Source: a virus
Reading direction: 5' to 3' (one strand)
DNA: 64,000 nt
IMG/VR virus record: IMGVR_UViG_3300049845_000291
Coordinates: 64,001 to 128,000 of that record
Part shown: positions 55,987-64,000 of the stretch, one piece after another
How the letters are laid out: each line of letters opens with the position of its first letter
Position numbering within the stretch: the stretch's first letter is position 1
Notes under the pieces: generated by a model
What the model saw: only the letters and a program-made list of their open reading frames with translations
Databases searched by the model: none
Told to the model about the DNA's origin: nothing
Position numbers and translations under genes: made by a program

Positions 55987-56015
55987 AGACAGCCTCGTGA
56001 GTACATGATGAATTG

Positions 56016-56498
56016 TTACATTTGCTTGGGCTGCAGGAACTTGATCAGGGGATAAGGATCACGGGCGTGAAACCGTTTCCAGGCTTGGGGGTGATGGACT
56101 TGGAGAACGTCGATACCAGCACCTTTGGCCCACTTGGAGGCGTTTGCCCCCAAGCAGATCCGCCGCCCCCATGGCAGGTCCAAGTACCTTGAATCGGTGT
56201 CATTGCCGTTGAAGTCAGCTGCGTTCAACCAGCCAAGCTGATCTTCAGGCACGCCGGCTCGCTCAAGTTGAATGTTCAGCCACAGTGAGCAGTTTTCAAG
56301 GGCGCCAAACGGAGTGTAATGAAAGTTCGGATCGTTCGGAGCAGATGGTGCTGGGCGATCACCAATCAGCAGCAGCTGTCCTTTCGGAACCCACTGACCT
56401 GCTTGCATCGCGAGAAATCGCCTCTTTCGGAAGGCGACCCGCATGATAAGGGCATGCTGCAGGTCTGGATCGAGGCGCTTGAAGGCGTTCAGTGCCAT
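56016..56498 (-). CDS. Uracil-DNA glycosylase-like superfamily protein
   Basis: LLIGDRP..PF...WLNA...ICLG..A...HHPQ arrangement. Confidence 0.55.
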   Translation of the reverse strand: MALNAFKRLDPDLQHALIMRVAFRKRRFLAMQAGQWVPKGQLLLIGDRPAPSAPNDPNFHYTPFGALENCSLWLNIQLERAGVPEDQLGWLNAADFNGNDTDSRYLDLPWGRRICLGANASKWAKGAGIDVLQVHHPQAWKRFHARDPYPLIKFLQPKQM

Positions 56499-56758
56499 CA
56501 GTCGTACTCGTGCAGCTCTTCATCTTCGTCGTCGCCACCGCGCATCGCGCTCTTGATCTCGGCATCAGACATCGGCTGGAAGCCAACGACGGTGCCGCAA
56601 TCTAGGCAGATCTCCATGTCAATGTAGTCACCGCCACAGACACCAGTGATGTCAGGCGGATAGTCGTCGCGCTCGAGCCGCAGGTGCGGCACAGACGTGA
56701 AGCACAGGTCGTTGACCTTGCCGTTGATGCTCAGAACTCGGGTGTGGTTGCAGGCCAT
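56498..56758 (-). CDS. Small Cys-containing hypothetical protein
   Basis: GGDY....CLDCG. Confidence 0.6.
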   Translation of the reverse strand: MACNHTRVLSINGKVNDLCFTSVPHLRLERDDYPPDITGVCGGDYIDMEICLDCGTVVGFQPMSDAEIKSAMRGGDDEDEELHEYD

Positions 56759-57876
56759 TTGAAGGTGCTCAGGGTGTTGACGAAGTTCTCGCAGAACTGA
56801 ACTGGATCCCAGCCAAGGGCCAGCCGCTGTTCCTCGATGATGGTTTGACGGGTCTCCGGCGAGCTCTTGATCAACCGTAGCAGGTCAACCAGCATCGCCT
56901 GGTCCCTGACGTACAGATACTCATGCGCCGCGGTGCCTTTCGGGTAGATCCGTCGGCTCTTGTCGATGTTGGCGTCGATGAACACGATGTTCCCAGCGGC
57001 GATGCACTCGGCAACGCGCTGTGGAATCAGATCGAGGCTCTCGTACGATGGGTCACCAGTCACCAGATGCGCCAGCGCGCCTTGCATCTTTGGCAGTACG
57101 TCGCCGTACTTCACCATACCAGTGAACTGCGGGTACCGCTTGACAGGAAGCTTGCCGATCTTCGGATGCTTCTCGAAGTCGGTCTCGTCGATCTTACCGA
57201 AGATCTCAACGCTGATGTCGTCTGGCAGACCACAGTACCACTTGTACAGGTTTGGGATGCGCCGGCCGCCGCGTGCGGTTCCGCCGTACATCAGGTCAAC
57301 GGTGGGGTGCTCAGCAGGCGGCAGCCACGGGTTGAGCAGCGGGAATCGATCCATTGGGTAGTGCACGATCTGCCCAAGGGGGACGCCTTTCTTTGGCCAG
57401 TCCGCCTTCACGGCGAGCAGCGCGTACGGTTGCGAGACCAAGTGGATCGGCTTCTGGATCAGGATCTCGTCTTTGGTGTACTTCGTGCCCCACGGCTTCT
57501 TCTCGACGTTCTCCCAGATCTGAACGAACGGCAGCTCCGGATCACACATCAAGTACACCACCGGGCCAGTGAACGTGTTGATCAGCCGGTAGTTCGCGAT
57601 CTGCTCGGCGTCCTCAGCGCCACCGAAGAAGTTCACGTTCCCGTTGATGACGCACAACACATCCAGCTGCTGCAGCACCGATGGATCTGTCTCCATGATC
57701 TGGTGCCAGTGCAGGCTCTCGTGCAGAGTGTCCTTCTTCAGGATTTTGGTGAACACGTGCACCTCAGCGCCACCATTTCGCAGGGCCTTGCAGATGCTGA
57801 TGGCCTCACCCGAGGTCACTGAGTTGTCAAGGTCCCACAGAATGCGGGCACCCAGCTTCAAAACACCGATCTTCAT
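56731..57876 (-). CDS. DNA beta-glucosyltransferase-like glycosyltransferase (T4 BGT homologue)
   Basis: Collinear with T4 BGT motifs: MKI..., SGE (T4 SSE), NFFGG, DPELPF (T4 DIRLPF), W.NV..KPW, D..YGG..R.G.R, FTG, GD..Y, RV.E. Confidence 0.88.
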   Translation of the reverse strand: MKIGVLKLGARILWDLDNSVTSGEAISICKALRNGGAEVHVFTKILKKDTLHESLHWHQIMETDPSVLQQLDVLCVINGNVNFFGGAEDAEQIANYRLINTFTGPVVYLMCDPELPFVQIWENVEKKPWGTKYTKDEILIQKPIHLVSQPYALLAVKADWPKKGVPLGQIVHYPMDRFPLLNPWLPPAEHPTVDLMYGGTARGGRRIPNLYKWYCGLPDDISVEIFGKIDETDFEKHPKIGKLPVKRYPQFTGMVKYGDVLPKMQGALAHLVTGDPSYESLDLIPQRVAECIAAGNIVFIDANIDKSRRIYPKGTAAHEYLYVRDQAMLVDLLRLIKSSPETRQTIIEEQRLALGWDPVQFCENFVNTLSTFKWPATTPEF

Positions 57877-58475
57877 CAGTTCTCCAGGGCCTCAGCAATG
57901 ATGTCTTCTTTGCGGCGGAAACCACCAACGCCGCGATCAGTGACACACACGACGCGCTTGTCGCGGATGATCGAGCTCTCGAAGGCCGCCATGAACAGCT
58001 CTTGCTCTTTCTCGCGCTTCGTGATGTCAAAGGACTCGCCATCATCAACGAAATGCGATGAGACCGAGAAGTCCTCAGTCAACAGGATCAGCCGGATGCT
58101 GCCAACCTCATGCAACCGGAAGGCCCGCTCGAGCTCAAACACGTACGCGCCGTCATACCCACGGTACAGCGGTGCGTACACGTTCTCACCGAGATGCGCT
58201 CGGTTGCAGATCATGTGCGCGTACGGGGCCGAGGACAGCATCGTGAACAGGTTCCTGAACGAGCGTTCCTGGTACTCGCGCAGGGCGTACATGCGCTCCT
58301 CGGTCTCGTTCAGGTTCTGACGATGGTACGGACCACCAAGATAGCAGCTCAGGACCTTGGGCTTCGAGAAATGCAGGACCTCGTGGTACCCACGCTTGTG
58401 CAGGATCCCGTCAATCAGGGTGTCCTTGCCAAGACGGTCCAGGCCCTCAATCAGGTACTTGTTCACGACACTCAT
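57876..58475 (-). CDS. Thymidylate-kinase-like dNMP kinase
   Basis: IEGLDRLGKDT; NRAHLGENVYAPLYRGY. Confidence 0.8.
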   Translation of the reverse strand: MSVVNKYLIEGLDRLGKDTLIDGILHKRGYHEVLHFSKPKVLSCYLGGPYHRQNLNETEERMYALREYQERSFRNLFTMLSSAPYAHMICNRAHLGENVYAPLYRGYDGAYVFELERAFRLHEVGSIRLILLTEDFSVSSHFVDDGESFDITKREKEQELFMAAFESSIIRDKRVVCVTDRGVGGFRRKEDIIAEALEN

Positions 58476-58768
58476 GGGATGGTGATCTCCAGAAAGTTAT
58501 GAGACACGCGGTCGATGCGGTTCCCGTTTGCGTCCATGATCTCGACGTGGAAGTCGACCGTGTCACATGCCGCCAGCATGAACTTGTCGTCTCTGATGTT
58601 CTCGATCTTATCAATGAGCTGGAACGCTGCTTCCCGGTACTTGTTCCCACGCCCAAGACGAATGCAGCACACCAGCGCCGAGATCAACTCAAGCTCCTCA
58701 ACCGAGAGGGCATGCAGCGACAGCGTGCCCTCTTCCTCATCGGGCCTGGAGCTGATGACCCGAGTCAT
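58472..58768 (-). CDS. Hypothetical protein
   Basis: In operon. Confidence 0.55.
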   Translation of the reverse strand: MTRVISSRPDEEEGTLSLHALSVEELELISALVCCIRLGRGNKYREAAFQLIDKIENIRDDKFMLAACDTVDFHVEIMDANGNRIDRVSHNFLEITIP

Positions 58769-58769
58769 G

Positions 58770-59930
58770 TCAGAAGCCGATTTTCCTGGTACGACGCTGC
58801 ACGCTGACGCGCTGACCGAAGATCTCAGCCAACGTGAACTCCGAGCCATCACGCAGGTCGATGCCAACGTCCGACGCCACGTTCAAGGCCTCAGCGCGAG
58901 TCATTGGCCGGAACTCGACCACATCGAAGCAACGACCCGGACGCATGAGCGCCTCGTCGATGTCACGGATCGACGGCAGGTTCGTGCTGAACACGAGCTT
59001 CTTGCCTTCAGCGCTGATCAGACCATCAGACACGTTCAGGAACCGGTGCATCATCGTGTTCCCATCAGTGCGCGCCTTGAGGAACGTGTCTGCGTCCTCC
59101 ATGATCATGAACCTGGTATCGCTCTCGATGAAGTTCGCGAAGATCCCGTCGCTGTTCATGACGCGCTCATCGTACGTGACCTTGGCATCGCCACCTGAGC
59201 GGTGGATCAGGTTCTTGATGAAGGTCGTCTTGCCGGTGCCAGGCGGGCCGATCAAGATCAGCACACTGGCCGAGCTGTTCAGGTACTCGTCGATGTACTC
59301 GGGCAGCGGCTTCGGCAGCCACGGGTACGCCGAGTTGATCGCCGGGCGGAAGTTCAGCGGCACGTTGATGCTGTTTCCGCGCTCGTTGTACACCCACTCG
59401 ATCAGGTTCTCGGCACGCTTGTACATGCCGTCCATGCGCTCAACGAAGGCCTTGACCTCCTTTGGGTCGCCGTTGAGCTCCAGATCAAGCTTGCCACGCT
59501 GCAGGGCAGCCTCAACCATGCCCCAAGGGAACAGCATGACCGCACGGTTTGGCGAGAAGAAGTTGTACCGCTCCGTCAGGTCGGTGACCCAGTCACGAAG
59601 CTGGATCGTGACATCGATCATCCATGTACCCTCTTGCGCCAAGGTGTTACGGTTGTTCTCGAGCGAGCTCCGCATGAACGAGGAAGCCAGCCACTCATCC
59701 GGACCGTACGCGCCAAAGATCACGCCGGTGTCGATGTTGTTTTCATTCATGAGATGTGCATCATCCATGCAGGTGTCAAGATGGTCTCTATTGATCAGAG
59801 GACGTTCACGTTTGATTCGACGACGGCGCTTATCAACGCGTCTGACAGCCTGTAAACCTGTGGTTTTAGTGCTTCGCCTGATTCGACCGAGATCAACTGG
59901 GTCGAGGTCGATGTCATCATCGTCATCCAT
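58770..59930 (-). CDS. AAA+ ATPase
   Basis: GPPGTGKT, IMEDAD, FLNVSDG, STN, ALMRPGR. Confidence 0.9.
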   Translation of the reverse strand: MDDDDDIDLDPVDLGRIRRSTKTTGLQAVRRVDKRRRRIKRERPLINRDHLDTCMDDAHLMNENNIDTGVIFGAYGPDEWLASSFMRSSLENNRNTLAQEGTWMIDVTIQLRDWVTDLTERYNFFSPNRAVMLFPWGMVEAALQRGKLDLELNGDPKEVKAFVERMDGMYKRAENLIEWVYNERGNSINVPLNFRPAINSAYPWLPKPLPEYIDEYLNSSASVLILIGPPGTGKTTFIKNLIHRSGGDAKVTYDERVMNSDGIFANFIESDTRFMIMEDADTFLKARTDGNTMMHRFLNVSDGLISAEGKKLVFSTNLPSIRDIDEALMRPGRCFDVVEFRPMTRAEALNVASDVGIDLRDGSEFTLAEIFGQRVSVQRRTRKIGF

Positions 59931-59971
59931 TTGAGCATTGTACGCGATCGACTTTGTTCTGGAACTTGAAT

Positions 59972-61711
59972 TTAGGTTCCAAGCATGGACACAAACCGGG
60001 TATCGAACTCGTCACTCCACTCGTTATTCTTTGCTGTCCACAAGCGTTGGATGTTTGTGTCCAGGAAGTACGTGGTGGCCCAGTCCTCAGGCGACCGAAC
60101 CGAGCGACCAGCGCCCTGGACCAGCTTCATGGTGCACAGCAGGTTGTAGATGTCTGGCCATTTGTCGAGGATCTCTTTCATGCGCGCTTCACCCAGCGAT
60201 CCAAATGGGGCCTTGACGATGATCTGGTACCTGCTCAGATCACCAGCAAGGTCAAGGCCCTCAAAGCCACTTGGCGTCAGCAGGATCGCCGGGCCCTTGT
60301 GGTTCTTGAAGGTCTGCAGTACGTCGGCCAGCTTCTGGCCACGCTGGTGCTCAACGAGCCGGGTGTTGAGCCCCATGCCTTGGAGCATCTGCGCGATGCC
60401 CTCGGTCAGCGCAAACGACGGCGCCAGCACGATGCCGCGCTCGCCCTTGTCCGTGTGGTGCTTTGCGATCTCATACACCGTGGCTTGAAGCTTCTTGACG
60501 ACTGATGGCTCCTTGAGTGTGCTGTAGCTCAGGTTCTGCGGCTTGTAGAACAGGACCTTCTTGTTCTCACGTGGAAAGGTCGGTGGCAGGCGCACGTGCT
60601 TAGCATTATCGAGGGTCAGCGTGCGACGCGCGTACTGCTCGCTGAGCGTGGCGCTCATCAGCAGGTTGTACCGAGCGTTGATCAGGTTCTCGAACATGTC
60701 GCCAACGAAGATCGGCTTGACGCTGACCTCGTGCTCGTGCTGCCCGTATTTTGGCTCCTTCGGCTTGTACTCGAAGGCGTGCGGGTACCCGTACTCGATC
60801 AGGTCGTTGATCTTGCACCCGAGGCCATGGTACTTCTTGGACAGCCGAGACAGCTCTAGGTACTTCTTCTGGTTGTGGATCGCCCTTTCGGCTTGGTTTC
60901 GCGCGGCCTCATGAACTTGGCCGTACGCATCAGCCAAGGCCATCAGGTGCTGCATGTAATTGTCACGTGTGATGTCACCCGAGATCAGATCGCCGGCCAC
61001 GTTCCGCAGGATCTTGAAGACCTCGGTGCTGCCAAGGGTCAACGTCTGGTTGATCTCCTCCGCCATCTTCTTGAGCCGAGAGTCGCTGAAGTAGATCGCG
61101 TTGTGCTCAGTGAACAGGTCGTTCAGCATGTGTGCTTCATCGAACACGCACACCGTGCGAGCCGGAAGCATCTGCGTGAACATCCGGTCGATGAAGTAAT
61201 AGGAATAGTTCGTGATCAGGTGCCGAGCCTTGTCACGCATCCGCTTCTGGAGCGCGAAATCGCAGCCGTCACAGAAGATCTTGATCTGCTCATCCATACC
61301 CTCCTTCTGGAACAGACGGAGGGCACAGACCTCAGCGGTCTGAACCTCAGATGGCGTGCTCAGGGCGGCGCACTCGAAGTTCCCAGCGCCCTTGAACATC
61401 CTGAACCGGGTATCAAGCGGATCACGTCCTTCTTGGAAGGTCCGATGGTACTGCTCACTGAGCACGTTCGTCGGTGTCAACAAGAAGCTGGCGCCGACGT
61501 GGGCATCTGGGTGGTGCAGTCGATGCAGTGCCTCGGCAACCACCGCGCCGATGATGGACTTGCCAGTGCCAGTTGGCGCTGATAGGATCACGGTCTTGTG
61601 TCCCTCATCGAGGAACGACGTCAGGATGGTGTTGATGTCCTGCACCTGTCTTCCGCGCGGCTTGTACCCGACCGCGTCATAGGCCTCAATGATTTGCTTT
61701 TCGTATTTCAT
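59972..61711 (-). CDS. DinG/XPD-family (SF2) helicase
   Basis: Q motif, APTGTGKS, four Cys for Fe-S, DEAH, EGLD, QGAGR.VR. Confidence 0.9.
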   Translation of the reverse strand: MKYEKQIIEAYDAVGYKPRGRQVQDINTILTSFLDEGHKTVILSAPTGTGKSIIGAVVAEALHRLHHPDAHVGASFLLTPTNVLSEQYHRTFQEGRDPLDTRFRMFKGAGNFECAALSTPSEVQTAEVCALRLFQKEGMDEQIKIFCDGCDFALQKRMRDKARHLITNYSYYFIDRMFTQMLPARTVCVFDEAHMLNDLFTEHNAIYFSDSRLKKMAEEINQTLTLGSTEVFKILRNVAGDLISGDITRDNYMQHLMALADAYGQVHEAARNQAERAIHNQKKYLELSRLSKKYHGLGCKINDLIEYGYPHAFEYKPKEPKYGQHEHEVSVKPIFVGDMFENLINARYNLLMSATLSEQYARRTLTLDNAKHVRLPPTFPRENKKVLFYKPQNLSYSTLKEPSVVKKLQATVYEIAKHHTDKGERGIVLAPSFALTEGIAQMLQGMGLNTRLVEHQRGQKLADVLQTFKNHKGPAILLTPSGFEGLDLAGDLSRYQIIVKAPFGSLGEARMKEILDKWPDIYNLLCTMKLVQGAGRSVRSPEDWATTYFLDTNIQRLWTAKNNEWSDEFDTRFVSMLGT

Positions 61712-61950
61712 CAGATGGCCCGAATTTCGGCGATGAAGGTGTCAGCCCCAGTGTCGCCACTAAAGAGCCATTCTACCTCCTTCATCACCAGTGCCATTTC
61801 ACGCGCGCGGCTCACGATCACCTCGAGTTCCTCGAGCACCTCAGGGCCGAAGTCCTGAACCCACTCCTTGTCGCCACGTAGGTCGCGTTCCAGCTCGTCT
61901 GCGAACTGGTGCACGCGCATGTACGCGTAATCAAAGTGCCCACCGCTCAT
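61711..61950 (-). CDS. Hypothetical protein
   Basis: MSGGHFDY...EWLFSGD motif; AGGGG SD. Confidence 0.7.
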   Translation of the reverse strand: MSGGHFDYAYMRVHQFADELERDLRGDKEWVQDFGPEVLEELEVIVSRAREMALVMKEVEWLFSGDTGADTFIAEIRAI

Positions 61951-61984
61951 GAAAGCCCCTTGTGCTAAATAGGCCATAATCTAT

Positions 61985-62668
61985 ATGACCGTCACTATGA
62001 ACCACTACACCTATTGTATTGTTTTCCCAGCTATTCCACGACTTTATATCGGGGTTAGGTCTTACAATGGCCCGCCAACTCAGGACGACTACCGCTCTTC
62101 ATCGAAGAAAGTGAAGGCTCTCATCAAGGAAGGTTTTCAATATACCATCTCCATAATCGCCACACACGCCACTCGTGCAGAAGCAGAGGCTGAAGAGATT
62201 GCTCTCCATGATATTTTCGATGTTGCGCGTAATCCATATTTCCTGAATGGCGCCAAGGCCAGACATGGAGGCTTCACACGCGCTGGGGTTCCTTCTGATC
62301 AGAAAGGCCGAACTTATGAGGAACTCTTCGGCATCGAAGAGGCGGCGCGTAAGAGACTCAACTTACAGCAAAAGTTGAGGAACAGGGTCTTCTCGAAAAA
62401 GACTAAGGCCAAAATGGCTGCCTCACACGCAGATGTATCAGGCCCACTAAACCCTCGTGCTATTTCTGGAGCCTTGGAACTTTCTGGCAAGATCCTTTTG
62501 GAATATCAGACAAAAGCTGAACTTGTTCGGTGGTGCCTTGACAATGATGTTCCGCACCGCCCTATCCTAAGGCTTAGGACAGGCGATGCTTATCTGCCCA
62601 ACATCACCCCGCGTAATGCGAAGTTCAAGCGTTGGTTTGGTCTTCGTGTTCTGGAACCCCAAAGATAA
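61985..62668 (+). mobile_element. Free-standing GIY-YIG homing endonuclease
   Basis: YTY...LYIGVR...YRSSS; NUMOD3-like SKKTKAKMA; TAAATA 61966-61971; AT-rich codons; overlaps convergent gene. Confidence 0.85.
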
Positions 62669-63632
62669 CGTGCATGGCTTCATCACGTTCACCAAAACAC
62701 ATTAGCACGAGATTCTGCCAATAAGGTGTAAGCAATTCCCATGCGCCAACGTCCTCAAACGCGAAATCCTTGCTGGCACCGGCAGCCTGCCAAGCAGCTT
62801 CAATTCCAACAAGCCCCGTGAGAATTTCATCTGAAAAAACGTCCATCTTGATCATCGGCATCTCAAGTGCGCGTTCGTCTTTGATGATGGCCTCAGCCAT
62901 AGAAAAATGGCGCGAGTAAATGTGCATCGAGCCAGCGTTGTGGTAGTACACGCCAAGCTCCAGATCAGGCCAGTGCCGACGAAGCTCGAGCATCATGGCC
63001 TCCTGCAGCATGGTGAACTGGAAGACATCGTTCGTGAACCCGAGGATGATGTCGTTCGATCGCATGTTCACGATCAGGTGCAGCCGGTTCTCACGAATCA
63101 ACCACTGCAGCGTGAAGGTGCAGGGCACGTCCTTGTTGCCCACGTGCCGATCACTCGGCACGTGGATGCTCATCACGGCTTGACGGGTGTCCTTGTCGCG
63201 GGCCAGGGCCAGGATGGTCTCCTGCCACTGGTTGATGGGCTCAGGCTTGGACAGCGTGCTGGCTTTGGTGCTGAATGCAGGCAGCTTACTGTGTCCGAAC
63301 AGCCGGGTGCCGTAGTTCGAGTTCACGGTACCGGCGGGATAGAGCTCATTGTCACCTAGGTTCCGAATGCCGTCCCAGAACTTGGCGTACGGCAGAATGC
63401 CGGCTGGGTCGTTTGAGCCGCTGATGTACCAGATGAACTCGCCAAGCAAGTACTTCAGGCTGGTCTTGCGGTCGGCATAGTTGATGATCCGATTTCGTGG
63501 ATCACCGAGCGTGATGTTGTAGTTCAGGAGCTCCTTCGTCGTGGTGCCCCGTGGGTGCGATTCCATACCGTGATGCATCAGATGCATCAGGCAGGTGCGA
63601 AAGTCATGATTGAGTTGGTTGTTTTGCTGCAT
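62625..63632 (-). CDS. dCMP hydroxymethylase-like enzyme (T4 gp42 family, thymidylate synthase fold)
   Basis: NSNYG, D..TRQA, DVPCT, NMRSND..LGF.ND (Asp where ThyA has Asn), GSMHIYSRHF. Confidence 0.88.
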   Translation of the reverse strand: MQQNNQLNHDFRTCLMHLMHHGMESHPRGTTTKELLNYNITLGDPRNRIINYADRKTSLKYLLGEFIWYISGSNDPAGILPYAKFWDGIRNLGDNELYPAGTVNSNYGTRLFGHSKLPAFSTKASTLSKPEPINQWQETILALARDKDTRQAVMSIHVPSDRHVGNKDVPCTFTLQWLIRENRLHLIVNMRSNDIILGFTNDVFQFTMLQEAMMLELRRHWPDLELGVYYHNAGSMHIYSRHFSMAEAIIKDERALEMPMIKMDVFSDEILTGLVGIEAAWQAAGASKDFAFEDVGAWELLTPYWQNLVLMCFGERDEAMHVIFGVPEHEDQTNA

Positions 63633-63656
63633 GGTGATACCTCATGAGATTTTTGT

Positions 63657-63669
63657 CAATTGTAACCGA
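63657..63669 (-). promoter_or_regulatory. Promoter element TCGGTTACAATTG, identical to 43407-43419
   Basis: Exact 13-mer match upstream of both the SIS isomerase and the hydroxymethylase. Confidence 0.7.
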
Positions 63670-63741
63670 TCTGGAGTCCAACTCGCCCTTGAGTAAGGAT
63701 CAGCGTCTAAATAGGTGAAACCAACTCCACTCGGAGCGCAA

Positions 63742-64000
63742 ATGTCATTCAAGAACCTGACCGGTACCGCCCTGATCGGATACGGCCCAAATCTCCCGAG
63801 CTCCACGGCAACTCCTGATGGCAGCTTGTTCTACAAGACCGTGACCAATGTTGAGGGATCACGCGGGTTGTATGTGTTCGGCTTCATTCCAGACAATGAC
63901 GCGGTCACACCCGGCGGACAGGTAGCACAGGGATGGACCCTGGCCGTGAACACCGCAGGTCTTGACGCAGACACCCTGGACGGCCAGGACAGCTCCGCTT
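63742..64000 (+). CDS. Tail fibre/structural protein, 5' part (runs off window)
   Basis: TAAATA 63708-63713, GGAG SD; LDADTLDGQDS fibre motif. Confidence 0.75.
   Translation, partial: MSFKNLTGTALIGYGPNLPSSTATPDGSLFYKTVTNVEGSRGLYVFGFIPDNDAVTPGGQVAQGWTLAVNTAGLDADTLDGQDSSA

Noticed and set aside
56923-59934. Plus-strand ORFs of 299, 227 and 366 aa
   Set aside because: Antisense to the BGT homologue, kinase and AAA ATPase
1-64000. tRNA, rRNA, IS transposase, integrase
   Set aside because: No cloverleaf/T-loop signatures in the short intergenic gaps and no such protein motifs recognised by eye; tRNAscan/Infernal not run

Overview
This 64 kb window comes from a large (jumbo-type), GC-rich dsDNA phage genome with T4-like transcriptional logic. 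No rRNA, tRNA, CRISPR array or IS element was found. Most genes are on the minus strand and encode early/middle functions: topoisomerase II subunits, UvrD- and DinG-like helicases, Fpg/Nei glycosylase, ThyA, RNA ligase Rnl1, Tpt1, a macrodomain, a MoxR-AAA/vWA pair, DnaJ and a PTH2-like protein. Late genes (fibre/structural block at about 14-29 kb, candidate head-internal proteins, two free-standing GIY-YIG endonucleases) sit behind a recurrent TAAATA box. The strongest candidate for an undescribed system is a dispersed cytosine-hypermodification pathway. It comprises a gp42-like dCMP hydroxymethylase, a T4 beta-glucosyltransferase homologue paired with a dNMP kinase, and a separate operon for a phage-made NDP-sugar (KdsD-like SIS isomerase plus a nucleotidyltransferase-kinase fusion). 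The isomerase operon and the hydroxymethylase share an identical 13-bp upstream element. Other signals read directly from the DNA are widespread apparently leaderless genes, a TGTAAC/GTTACA box, an RBS-sequestering hairpin, a conserved post-stop motif (CCGGCGACACCAG) and a possible Tpt1-dependent RNA repair route. All family calls come from motif recognition by eye; no database searches were run. Several start codons were re-chosen from the ORF track using SD, overlap or promoter context.
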